In this document: positions 46,807 to 55,510 of the stretch, piece after piece
Layout: each line of letters starts with the position of its first letter
Numbering within the stretch: the first letter of the stretch is position 1
Origin: an uncultured Erysipelotrichaceae bacterium
GTDB taxonomy: Bacteria > Bacillota_I > Bacilli_A > RF39 > UBA660
Direction: 5' to 3'
NCBI GenBank assembly: GCA_902793375.1
Contig: CADBDE010000002.1
Coordinates: 15,810-79,809 of the forward strand
Length of the DNA: 64,000 nucleotides
Position numbers and translations under genes: made by a program
The notes under the pieces: model-generated
Told to the model about the DNA's origin: nothing
Database searches by the model: none
Seen by the model: only the letters and a program-made list of their open reading frames with translations

Positions 46807-47358
46807 TTATAAATAGTTTTCTGCTTTTACTTCAAAGTAACTTTGTGGATGATTACATACTGGGCATACTTCTGGAGCTTTCTTACCAATTACAACATGT
46901 CCACAATTTCTACAAATCCATATTTTATCATCATCTTTTGAAAATACTAATTCATCTTCTATATTCTTTAGTAATTTTCTATATCTTTCTTCATGATGTT
47001 TTTCAATTGCTCCAACCATTCTAAACTTTACAGCTAATTCCTTGAACCCTTCCTTTTCAGCAGTTTTAGCAAATGATTCATACATATCTGTCCATTCATA
47101 GTTTTCACCATCAGCTGCTGCTTTTAAGTTTTCTGTAGTTGTTGGTACTTCACCATTATTTAAATACTTAAACCACATTTTAGCATGTTCTTTTTCATTG
47201 TTTGCTGTTTCTTCAAAGATAGCTGCAATTTGTTCATAACCATCTTTTTTTGCTTTAGAAGCAAAATAAGTATATTTGTTTCTTGCTTGACTTTCTCCAG
47301 CAAAAGCAGCTTTTAAATTTTCTTCAGTTTTTGTTCCTTTTAATTTTTTGTAATCCAT
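46807..47358 (-). CDS. rbr: rubrerythrin
   Basis: A diiron four-helix domain (ExxH motifs) plus a C-terminal rubredoxin-like CRNCGH...CPVCNHP. Confidence 0.95.
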   Translation of the reverse strand: MDYKKLKGTKTEENLKAAFAGESQARNKYTYFASKAKKDGYEQIAAIFEETANNEKEHAKMWFKYLNNGEVPTTTENLKAAADGENYEWTDMYESFAKTAEKEGFKELAVKFRMVGAIEKHHEERYRKLLKNIEDELVFSKDDDKIWICRNCGHVVIGKKAPEVCPVCNHPQSYFEVKAENYL

Positions 47359-47412
47359 AAATTCCTCCTTAATAGATAAATATATTATATCATGTTGAAA
47401 GTGAAACTAAAA

Positions 47413-47436
47413 GAAAAAAAGAGCATAGCTCTTTTT
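47413..47436 (-). terminator. rho-independent terminator of hsp20
   Basis: Minus strand: AAGAGC-tat-GCTCTT followed by TTTTTTTC. Confidence 0.5.
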
Positions 47437-47837
47437 TATTCAATTTCAATTAATTTCTTAGAATTATTTTCTTCAACTTTTGGGATATCAATTTTTAAAA
47501 TACCATTTTCCATTTTAGCAGATATCTTATCAGTGTCCATATCTCCAATATAGAAAGATCTTTCAACTTTACCATATCTTCTTTCATGATAAAAGTATTT
47601 TTTATCTTCTTTTTCTTCATTTTTTTCTATCTTTTTTTCAGCTGAAACAGTTAAATAACCGTCCTTTGCTTCAACTTTTACTTCATCCTTGTTATATCCA
47701 GGGATATCTACTTCAATATTATACTTACCATCCTTTTCATACACATCGCATTTCATTGGATTATGATGTGGTTTTTCAGGTCCCATAAAATCATCAAAAA
47801 CATCATCTAAGAAATAATTTCTTGGTACTATTTTCAT
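47436..47837 (-). CDS. Hsp20/alpha-crystallin small heat-shock protein
   Basis: Alpha-crystallin domain (DVYEKDGKYNIEVDIPGYNKDEVKVEAKDGYLTVSA...GILKIDIPK). ATG at 47837 behind GGAAGGA. Confidence 0.9.
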   Translation of the reverse strand: MKIVPRNYFLDDVFDDFMGPEKPHHNPMKCDVYEKDGKYNIEVDIPGYNKDEVKVEAKDGYLTVSAEKKIEKNEEKEDKKYFYHERRYGKVERSFYIGDMDTDKISAKMENGILKIDIPKVEENNSKKLIEIE

Positions 47838-47875
47838 ATCTATCCTTCCTTTCATTTATTGTTATATCACTATTT

Positions 47876-47902
47876 TTAGCAATTGTCAAGTAAGAGTGCT
47901 AA
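47876..47902. promoter_or_regulatory. CIRCE operator (HrcA binding site)
   Basis: TTAGCAATT-GTCAAGTAA-GAGTGCTAA against the consensus TTAGCACTC-N9-GAGTGCTAA. The right arm is perfect and the left arm matches 7 of 9. It lies 39 nt upstream of the hsp20 ATG. Confidence 0.75.
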
Positions 47903-47959
47903 AAATGTATGTAGCATTTGTAAAATATTTGTTGTATAATTAATAATAAGGAGGATAGT

Positions 47960-48337
47960 ATGAATAGTAATAATTCAAATACAATTATTAAAACAATTAT
48001 TTTTATTCTTGTTGTTGGGCTTTCTTGTTTAGTTTTCTTTGGGCTTAACGAAGACAAAAAAACAGACATGGAATTAATAGCTTTTGGTTTTTTAATGTTT
48101 GCTGAACTTGTTACATACATCAGTGCATTAATTCCAAGTCTTAAAATACTTAAAAAAGTAGAATCATCAGACATTGTTTCATGTGGTATTCTATATTTGA
48201 TAACGAGTATAGTTATTAACTGTGTATGTTTTAGTTCAATTGATTCAGTTAGATATTTAGTAATAGTTAATATTATTGTAATAATTGTTTACATAATATT
48301 ATTCTGTTTAACATTATTAAGAAAGAAAGAAAAATAA
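47960..48337 (+). CDS. small membrane protein (4 TM)
   Basis: AAGGAGG RBS and four hydrophobic segments. No recognised motif. Confidence 0.5.
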   Translation: MNSNNSNTIIKTIIFILVVGLSCLVFFGLNEDKKTDMELIAFGFLMFAELVTYISALIPSLKILKKVESSDIVSCGILYLITSIVINCVCFSSIDSVRYLVIVNIIVIIVYIILFCLTLLRKKEK

Positions 48338-48395
48338 GAAGAATTATTTTATAATTCTTTTTTTATTGATATAATAATCTAGGAGGTAAATAATT

Positions 48396-48995
48396 ATGGA
48401 GAAAAAAATTGAACTAATCAGTAAAAGCATTGGAGCTGCTGTATTAATTTCACTTGGAAACTATGCTCTATTAAAGCTTGGAGATCCTATTGGCCCAATA
48501 ATATTTGCATTTGGACTTTTAGGAGTTTGTTATATGGGGCTAAATCTTTTTACAGGAAAATGTGGTTTTTTATTCCAAGATAATATTAAACCAATTGATT
48601 TATTAATTATTTTGATTGTAAATCTATTAGCTGGTTATTTAATTGGTTTAATGTTTTCTACTTGTGACACAACTGTTGTTGATAATGCAATTAAGAAAGT
48701 TGCAACTTGGGATATTTCCCTTGCATTTTTCATTAAGTCACTATTATGTGGAATAATAATGTATATAGCAGTATATATGTATAAAAAAGGAACACCATTA
48801 GGTATTATATTTGGAATTCCTTTATTTATATTTTGTGGGTTCCAACACTGTATAGCAAATATCATAACTCTTGGTGTAGCTTCTACATTCGATCCATCAA
48901 TTTTTATATGTATATTAGGAAATTTTGTTGGATCCATAATAATGTGGTTTCTTGCAAAAGATATAACAATTGACAGAACAAAAAAGAAAAATTAA
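48396..48995 (+). CDS. short formate/nitrite transporter (FNT)-family-like channel
   Basis: GLNLFTGK (compare ELFTGN), FCGFQHCIANI (compare GFEHSIANM) and LGNFVGS (compare GNxxGG). Six hydrophobic segments but only 199 aa. Confidence 0.55.
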   Translation: MEKKIELISKSIGAAVLISLGNYALLKLGDPIGPIIFAFGLLGVCYMGLNLFTGKCGFLFQDNIKPIDLLIILIVNLLAGYLIGLMFSTCDTTVVDNAIKKVATWDISLAFFIKSLLCGIIMYIAVYMYKKGTPLGIIFGIPLFIFCGFQHCIANIITLGVASTFDPSIFICILGNFVGSIIMWFLAKDITIDRTKKKN

Positions 48996-49046
48996 TAATT
49001 TGACATTTATAAATAAATAGATTAATTTATTATTAAGGAGGATTAA

Positions 49047-49514
49047 ATGAAAAAAATTAAATATTTATTAATTGTATTACTAGGAGTTGTTTTTATGACT
49101 GGATGTGGAAGTAATAACAAAACTCTTAAATGTACAAACAAAATTGAAACAGATGAACTTAAGTATTCATCAACTTACGAAATAGTTTATGATAGTGATA
49201 AGAAAGTCAAAGAAGTTAATACTAAAGAAGTAATAACATCTGAAGATGAAAGTTATTTAGAAGAAGCAAAGAAATCATCAGAACAACTATATGAGGAAAA
49301 TAATAAGGAATATGGTGGATACGACTATAAGATAACAATTAATGGAAATACTTTAACTTCTAAGTGCACTATTGATTATTCAAAAATGAATGTTAAAAAA
49401 TATGTAAAAGATAATAATTTAACTAATTTTGCTGATAGTAACGATAATGTTTTATTATCAAGTGTAATCGAAATTTATGAAACTTTGGGAGCTGAATGTG
49501 AAGAAATAAAATAA
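49047..49514 (+). CDS. small lipoprotein
   Basis: Lipobox LLGVVFMTGC-GSNNK. AAGGAGG RBS. Confidence 0.65.
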   Translation: MKKIKYLLIVLLGVVFMTGCGSNNKTLKCTNKIETDELKYSSTYEIVYDSDKKVKEVNTKEVITSEDESYLEEAKKSSEQLYEENNKEYGGYDYKITINGNTLTSKCTIDYSKMNVKKYVKDNNLTNFADSNDNVLLSSVIEIYETLGAECEEIK

Positions 49515-49539
49515 GACTACAATGTAGTCTTATTTTTTA
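49510..49539. terminator. bidirectional rho-independent terminator
   Basis: AAGACTAC-aat-GTAGTCTT followed by ATTTTTTAT, with an A-rich run upstream. Confidence 0.7.
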
Positions 49540-49969
49540 TTTATTATATCTCCATTTTCTTTAATATCATATGTCTTTCCATAATACTCAGGTTTTGGAA
49601 AAAACACTAATCTTAATAAATCTATATCTCTTGCAAATATTTCACCAACTTCACCTAGTATTTTATTATTTCTTCTTAAATCACTAGCAGGAACTCCATA
49701 AGCATTTATTACTATATTATTAGCAATATATAAACTTCTATATAAAAGTGCTAGGAATATTGTTGTTTATTCCAGCCCCATAACAATAATACATTGTGTA
49801 TATCCAATTTTTTTATAATCTTCAAAGTTAATAATCCTACTTCTTATAGATAAAATAACATAATAATCTAACACTAAAATAATTAATACAATTAATCCTA
49901 TTATTGATAAAACTAATTTTGTTGTCTTGTTTTTAAAAAAATCTTTAATTTTTTTATATATTTTATCAT
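49530..49969 (-). pseudogene. degraded SanA/YdcF (DUF218) family gene
   Basis: No ORF of 60 aa or more. The ATG at 49969 overlaps the upstream stop (TGATG). Frame 1 gives MIKYIKKLKIF. After a frame change in a T7A5 run it reads KNKTTKLVLSIIGLIVLIILVLDYYV...QCIIVMG(AG..PS), then an in-frame TAA. Next comes LLYRSLYIANNIVINAYGVPASDLRR...EIFARDIDLL...PKPEYYG, which is a SanA C-terminus. About 100 central codons are missing. Confidence 0.6.
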
Positions 49970-51813
49970 CAGTCCTTTTTCTCCCTATTATAACGTAATA
50001 CTTTTACCTTAGATTCATTTTTATAATTAAATATCTTATCATCAATATTATTTAATTCTTTTTCTTCTTCTTCAATAATTTTTTTAATATTTAGAACATT
50101 ATTTCTTAATTCTCTAAACTTTGGATAATTATTATATTTTTTTTCGCATTCATATAGGATCTCATCTATTTGATCTTTTGAATTATTTATCATTAATCTT
50201 GCTTTATTCGTATCTAAATAGTCAAATCCAATTAGAGTTTCTTTTTGAATCACTTCATCATATTCTTCTTTTTTTAAATCATATCCGAGCAAATCACCAA
50301 TAGAGCTTATACCTGTAAATAAAGACAATGCTATCATAGATAATTTACTCCTATTAGGTCTCATATTATTTAACAAGGTTAATGAAGCAAGTCTTTTTGT
50401 TTGATCAGATATACTTCTTTTAACATATTTATATTTTACATGTGGTTCTATTGTTTTTTCTATCTTCCACTTAACTTTTTTTAAATCTTCTTTGGTTTTT
50501 TTTATATAATTGTTTATAAACTCTTGATTGCTTTTTACATTTCTAAACATATTTATTTCTTCTTCATATTCTAAATCAGTTATTTTTAGTTCTTTCTTTT
50601 TTCTTTCAGATTCAATAGATAAAGTATATGTCTCTTGTTCTATTATAGAAACTTTATTAAAAGATTCTTTATATATTAATAAATAATTTTGTAATTTCTT
50701 TTTATCATCTAATAATACATTATCAAGATTAGTTATTATAATATTTCCATTATTTAGTTTAATAAAATCATTTAAATTTATCTCTTTTTCATGAATCAAT
50801 AATTCTTTTTTTATCTTTTCTAATTTTTCAATGGTTTTTTTTAAATCAATTATTAATTTGTCCAACTTTGATCTATCACTTATATTTTCTAAATGGTTAC
50901 TAAGAATAATATCTTTAAAAGTAATTATTTGTAATTCTTTTTCCAAACTTCTAATTTTCTTTTTTAGTTTTTCAATGGTTTTTATACTTTTTTTATTATC
51001 TATTACTTCATTTTCTAAATTAGTATCATACTGTTCTTCTAATTCTTTATCGTTTAAATCTTCACTATATAAATATTCTTCATAAGTAGTATTTTCAATT
51101 AAATCATTAGTAAAGATTTCTTCAGAAGATGATTCTTTTTCAATTATTTCATCAGTAATATCAATCAGTTTAATATTTGATTCTACATTTTTTTCTTCAT
51201 TTATTGTTGAATCTACTTCTTTTATTTCTTCTAAAGTATTTATAAAAGTAGATTTAATTTCTATTTCTTTTTCAATATAGTTATTACTATCTATTGCATT
51301 TCCTTCTACAATAGAAATTATGCTTTTATTATTATTTGATTTATTATCAATTATTAAAGAAACTTCAATATTATTATCTTTTATAATATCTTTTTCATTT
51401 GATCTAATCTCATTATTACCCTCTTCAATTATAATATCATGATTTTCTTCATCTTGATTTTTAGTATTAGAATCAGCAATAACTTCCTTTACTTTCACTT
51501 CTTTATTTGAAATAATTGATTTAATGAAATCAAATATTTTTCGATTTGAATCAATGTTTTTTTCATCTATTTCGTCTAACAAAATAGTATATTTATTTTT
51601 CTTTTTAGTTATTATACTTTTTGTTATTAAATAAAAGGTTATAAAACCATACTTATCTCTTGTTGGTTTTTTATATACTATATCTTCTATTTCCTCAAAC
51701 CATATTATATGTTCATAATATATTTCAGTATTTAATTCTTTAATTATTAAGTAAACATATTTACTATTCAATTCTATAGAACCATTTATTCCACTAATTT
51801 TTAATTTTTCCAT
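49969..51813 (-). CDS. 614-aa hypothetical protein: about 100-aa N-terminal beta-rich (bacterial PH-like?) domain, long Asn/Ile/Glu/Lys-rich coiled-coil region, one hydrophobic segment near the C-terminus
   Basis: GAGAGG RBS. N-terminus GINGSIELNSKYVYLII...IEDIVYKKPTRDKYGFITFYL. Heptad-rich middle. LSMIALSLFTGISSIGDLLG at about residue 490. Confidence 0.6.
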   Translation of the reverse strand: MEKLKISGINGSIELNSKYVYLIIKELNTEIYYEHIIWFEEIEDIVYKKPTRDKYGFITFYLITKSIITKKKNKYTILLDEIDEKNIDSNRKIFDFIKSIISNKEVKVKEVIADSNTKNQDEENHDIIIEEGNNEIRSNEKDIIKDNNIEVSLIIDNKSNNNKSIISIVEGNAIDSNNYIEKEIEIKSTFINTLEEIKEVDSTINEEKNVESNIKLIDITDEIIEKESSSEEIFTNDLIENTTYEEYLYSEDLNDKELEEQYDTNLENEVIDNKKSIKTIEKLKKKIRSLEKELQIITFKDIILSNHLENISDRSKLDKLIIDLKKTIEKLEKIKKELLIHEKEINLNDFIKLNNGNIIITNLDNVLLDDKKKLQNYLLIYKESFNKVSIIEQETYTLSIESERKKKELKITDLEYEEEINMFRNVKSNQEFINNYIKKTKEDLKKVKWKIEKTIEPHVKYKYVKRSISDQTKRLASLTLLNNMRPNRSKLSMIALSLFTGISSIGDLLGYDLKKEEYDEVIQKETLIGFDYLDTNKARLMINNSKDQIDEILYECEKKYNNYPKFRELRNNVLNIKKIIEEEEKELNNIDDKIFNYKNESKVKVLRYNREKKD

Positions 51814-51861
51814 AGATAACCTCTCATAAATAATAATAACAAATATATATTAAAGAATAAA

Positions 51862-51894
51862 TAAAAAAAAAGAATATTATGTCTCTAATATTCT
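51862..51894 (-). terminator. rho-independent terminator of the OatA-like gene
   Basis: Minus strand: AGAATATTA-6 nt-TAATATTCT followed by T9. Confidence 0.65.
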
Positions 51895-54112
51895 ATTTTT
51901 TTAAAACTGAATCTATTTCTTTTTTTAATGCTTTACTTCCTTCTTCTGTTAAATGAATATTATCAAAAGAAATATATTCTTTATTAGTTTTTATTTTCCT
52001 ATTAAAATTAATTACTATTACATTTTCATTATTAAATTCTATACTATTTCCTAAATCTATTATAAATAGTTTATAATCTTTTAATAATTCTATTAATTCA
52101 CTATAGTCATTGTTAGATATATTTATTTTTTTATCTAATACTAAAACCATATTATGTGATAAAGATTTATCATCTATTTTCTCTTTTATTTTTTCTTTTA
52201 AAGAATTATAAGTAAAGTCTTTATCAATAATATATTCTGAATTATCAAAATCATTTTGAAGATAAGGATATAATCCCAATAATAGTTCATTACCTATAAA
52301 TGTTATTTTTTCTTTTTCTAAATCTTCATGTTCCTTAATTTTTTCTTCTTTAATTTTATTATATTCTTTTAAATAGAAATCATATAATGCATTATAAATT
52401 GTTTGAGCATATAATTTACAACCTTTAACTGTTGGATGAACTTTATCAGAAATTAAATATCCAGGGTTTTCTTTCATTACTGTAATCCAATCAATAATAT
52501 GAAGATTATCATGCTTACTTGCTAAATCAATTAGACTAGGATTAAAAGTATTATAGTCAGGATTTGTAGCATTTAACCAAAATACTGTTCTATTACCAAG
52601 TATTTCCATTACTTCTTCCTTACAAGCACCTAAACAACTTCCATTGGTTCCAATATTTAAAATAACTACATCCCCAAGCATCCCTTTATTTTTTAAATCC
52701 TTTAGCACTTCTTTAGCAGCTTTTTCTGTTCTATTTGTTGCTGCATCAAAGTATCCATTTGGAAACTCTTTATATAAATCTCTAACAGCAAGTTCCATAA
52801 TAGAATCACCAACACCTACAACTTGCATATTTCGAACCTTTTCTTTTAGTTCTTCTTCACTGACACTTAAATCATTTAATACTTTTTGCCATTCATCCTC
52901 TTCACTTTTCTTTTTGTTTAAATATTCTTCTCTTTGCTTTTCAATAAGTTTTTGATTTTCTGCCAAATCATTTTTTAATTTTTCCATCTCTTTAGTATGA
53001 TCTTCTGTAGTTATATATTTATATAATCCAAATACAGAAATACCTAATAAAAATATAGATAAAATTATACTTAATATTTTTATTCTAGATTTTTTAATAT
53101 TTAATGCAAAATGAATAATATATGACAAAATAATTGTTATAAGAATAGTTAACACTATTTTTAAAATACTATTCATATTTATCGTTTGTAATATAAATAT
53201 AACTGGGTATTGGACTAAATATATCTCATATGAAATACTTGAAAATGAAGATACTATGATATCAATTTTATTTTTTCCTTTTATATCTTTTGCAGCATAA
53301 GATATTAATCTCAAACTAATTATAGTTGAAATAATCATACTTATACTAAGTGAACAAAAATCTGTTCCAACAACAAAATACATTAATATAGTTGCAATGA
53401 TATAAAAGTAAAAAACTATTATATTTATTATTTTATCTTTAATAACAATTGGTTTATAAAATGAATGGAAAAAGCCCAAAGACAATCCAAACAAAAGAGA
53501 AAAAGCTCTAGTAAAAGTTCCATAATATGCCGGATTTATTTCTCCATTTTTTATTAAAGTACAAAAATATGCATAACTGGCAAGTCCCAACATTAAAAAG
53601 AATAAAGATGGTATTCCTTTGCCTATTTTTTTACCTACTTTTTTGAAAATTATAAAAATAAAAGGAAAGATTAATTCAAATTGTAAAAGAATTGAAATAT
53701 ACCAAAAATGCATAAATGGAGATGAAATAAGTCTTGTAAAATAATCAGCCCCTGCACTGATTTGCCAAAAATTATTATATCCAAATATTACTGAAGTAGT
53801 TTCTGGTTTTAGATTTAACCAATCAATACTTTCAAGCAATGATATTATAGCAACCGATGAAAAAGCAACAATTAAAAGTGGTAAATATATTTTTTTTATT
53901 TTATTAGAGTAATACTCCTTAATAGAAAAATTATCTTTATTCATAGATGATACAACTGATAAATAACCAGTCATAACAAAAAAAGTACATACTGCTAAAT
54001 ATCCACCTTTTAATAAATCTACACCATATACATAACCAATATGGTATAATAATACTCCGATACAAGATAATAATCTAATTAAATCAAGTCTTTTATAGTA
54101 TTTCTTTTCCAC
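51893..54112 (-). CDS. acyltransferase-3 family O-acetyltransferase with SGNH domain (OatA-like) plus extra C-terminal domain
   Basis: About 10 TM acyltransferase_3 domain (RLDLIRLLSCIGVLLYHI). SGNH blocks VGVGDSIME (I), IGTNG (III) and DKVHPT (V). About 170 additional C-terminal residues. Confidence 0.8.
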   Translation of the reverse strand: MEKKYYKRLDLIRLLSCIGVLLYHIGYVYGVDLLKGGYLAVCTFFVMTGYLSVVSSMNKDNFSIKEYYSNKIKKIYLPLLIVAFSSVAIISLLESIDWLNLKPETTSVIFGYNNFWQISAGADYFTRLISSPFMHFWYISILLQFELIFPFIFIIFKKVGKKIGKGIPSLFFLMLGLASYAYFCTLIKNGEINPAYYGTFTRAFSLLFGLSLGFFHSFYKPIVIKDKIINIIVFYFYIIATILMYFVVGTDFCSLSISMIISTIISLRLISYAAKDIKGKNKIDIIVSSFSSISYEIYLVQYPVIFILQTINMNSILKIVLTILITIILSYIIHFALNIKKSRIKILSIILSIFLLGISVFGLYKYITTEDHTKEMEKLKNDLAENQKLIEKQREEYLNKKKSEEDEWQKVLNDLSVSEEELKEKVRNMQVVGVGDSIMELAVRDLYKEFPNGYFDAATNRTEKAAKEVLKDLKNKGMLGDVVILNIGTNGSCLGACKEEVMEILGNRTVFWLNATNPDYNTFNPSLIDLASKHDNLHIIDWITVMKENPGYLISDKVHPTVKGCKLYAQTIYNALYDFYLKEYNKIKEEKIKEHEDLEKEKITFIGNELLLGLYPYLQNDFDNSEYIIDKDFTYNSLKEKIKEKIDDKSLSHNMVLVLDKKINISNNDYSELIELLKDYKLFIIDLGNSIEFNNENVIVINFNRKIKTNKEYISFDNIHLTEEGSKALKKEIDSVLKK

Positions 54113-54221
54113 ACTACCACTACCTACTATGTATATTGTATCATAATTATAAAAAACTTAAAATATTAAAATAAATAAAAATAGAGATTTATACTCTACT
54201 TTATTGTTTAAATATTTACTT

Positions 54222-55445
54222 TTAATGTAATATACTTATAAAATTATAAACTTTACCTATAGCAATTAGCCCTAAAAGTAATGAATTAATTATTATTATT
54301 AATCCGATATGTTTTGCTTTTTCTTGCATTAAATTTGCAATAAATTCTCTAATTAATGCATTTGTATAAAAATACCATTTGGTCTTACTTCCCATACCTT
54401 CACAATCGAGACCTTGTTCATTTGCAATGATGCCACTTCTAAAAACATGGTAATTAGTTGTTGCAAAACTAATTTTGGCATCTTTCTTTACTTTGTCTAT
54501 TTTGTTTTTAGAAAATTTCATATTTTCTATGGTACTCTTTGATTTGTCTTCTATTATTATTTGTTTTTCTTTTATTCCTTTTTCTAATAAATATTTTTTT
54601 ATTGCTTCAGCTTCTGCAACTTTTTCATCATTTCCTTTACCACCTGATGGAATATATATTATTTTCTTTTTTGTTAATTCATATTGCTTATTACCAAATT
54701 CAATAGCTTTATCTGCTCTTCCTTTTAGTAACGGAGTTAAATTTCCATCTTCTTTAATTTTTGATCCAAGAATTATAATAAAATCTTTATCATATTTTGG
54801 AACATGATTTGCAGCTTTAATATTACAATAAAGAGTAGCAATAATTAAAGAATACAAATATGTTAAAGTAGCATTTGTACAAATATCTAATGTATATTTT
54901 ATAAATTGCCTATCAGTTCCTACTAATAAATATTCAATTAAATAATATAATAACTGACTTCCAACAAGACCTAAAAGAGCAAAAATACCAATTATAACAC
55001 CAAGCATTCTTGTCGGACTAAAACCTTCTCTTTTTATTAAAAAAATATTTGTGATAATACTATATAATGAAAGGATAATTATACATGGTAAAGTAAGCAT
55101 TGCAAAAAATGAAAATGATTTTAATGTATTATTATAAATATCTGCAATATTAAGAACATTCCAATTCACAATTAATAGATTTATTTGTCTTAAAATACTT
55201 ACATTTATAAATATAAATAAACCTAAATTCATTACTATTCCATAAGAATATTTTTTCTTTTCATATTGATCTCTTATATAAAAACTACATCCAATAGATA
55301 CTCTAATTAATAGTAGTATTAGTATAATTTGAATTGATTTACTTAGTTCAACATTATTTGATAAATTTGTATTTGATAAAATTCCAATACACAATAGTAC
55401 AAATAATAAACTTATCAATGAATAAATAATCCATCTTTTTTTCAC
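54222..55445 (-). CDS. YdcF/DUF218 family protein with polytopic N-terminal membrane domain
   Basis: C-terminus DFIIILGSKIKEDGNLTPLLKGRADKAIEF...IPSGGKGNDEKVAEAEAIKKYLLEKGI...EDKSKSTIENMKFS...TTNYHVFRS is the DUF218 pattern. GTG start behind GGAGTGA. Confidence 0.75.
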   Translation of the reverse strand: MKKRWIIYSLISLLFVLLCIGILSNTNLSNNVELSKSIQIILILLLIRVSIGCSFYIRDQYEKKKYSYGIVMNLGLFIFINVSILRQINLLIVNWNVLNIADIYNNTLKSFSFFAMLTLPCIIILSLYSIITNIFLIKREGFSPTRMLGVIIGIFALLGLVGSQLLYYLIEYLLVGTDRQFIKYTLDICTNATLTYLYSLIIATLYCNIKAANHVPKYDKDFIIILGSKIKEDGNLTPLLKGRADKAIEFGNKQYELTKKKIIYIPSGGKGNDEKVAEAEAIKKYLLEKGIKEKQIIIEDKSKSTIENMKFSKNKIDKVKKDAKISFATTNYHVFRSGIIANEQGLDCEGMGSKTKWYFYTNALIREFIANLMQEKAKHIGLIIIINSLLLGLIAIGKVYNFISILH

Positions 55446-55473
55446 AACATATCACTCCATTCAAATTATAACA

Positions 55474-55504
55474 CAAAAACGATAAACAATTAAGTCTATC
55501 GTTT
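55474..55504 (-). terminator. possible terminator of the K/E-rich protein gene
   Basis: Minus strand: AACGATA-12 nt loop-TATCGTT followed by TTTGTG. The large loop makes it weak. Confidence 0.4.
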
Positions 55505-55510
55505 TATTAA

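Noticed and set aside
47359-47400. PerR/Fur-type box upstream of rubrerythrin (ATATAATATATTTAT).
   Set aside because: Only about 9 of 14 positions match TTATAATnATTATAA. That is indistinguishable from background in this AT-rich promoter, which has a TGATATAAT extended -10.
47899-48174. 91-aa minus-strand ORF overlapping the 47960 plus-strand membrane-protein gene.
   Set aside because: The plus-strand gene has a strong AAGGAGG RBS and clean TM helices. The minus ORF has no RBS and its 3' end overlaps the last 4 nt of the CIRCE operator.
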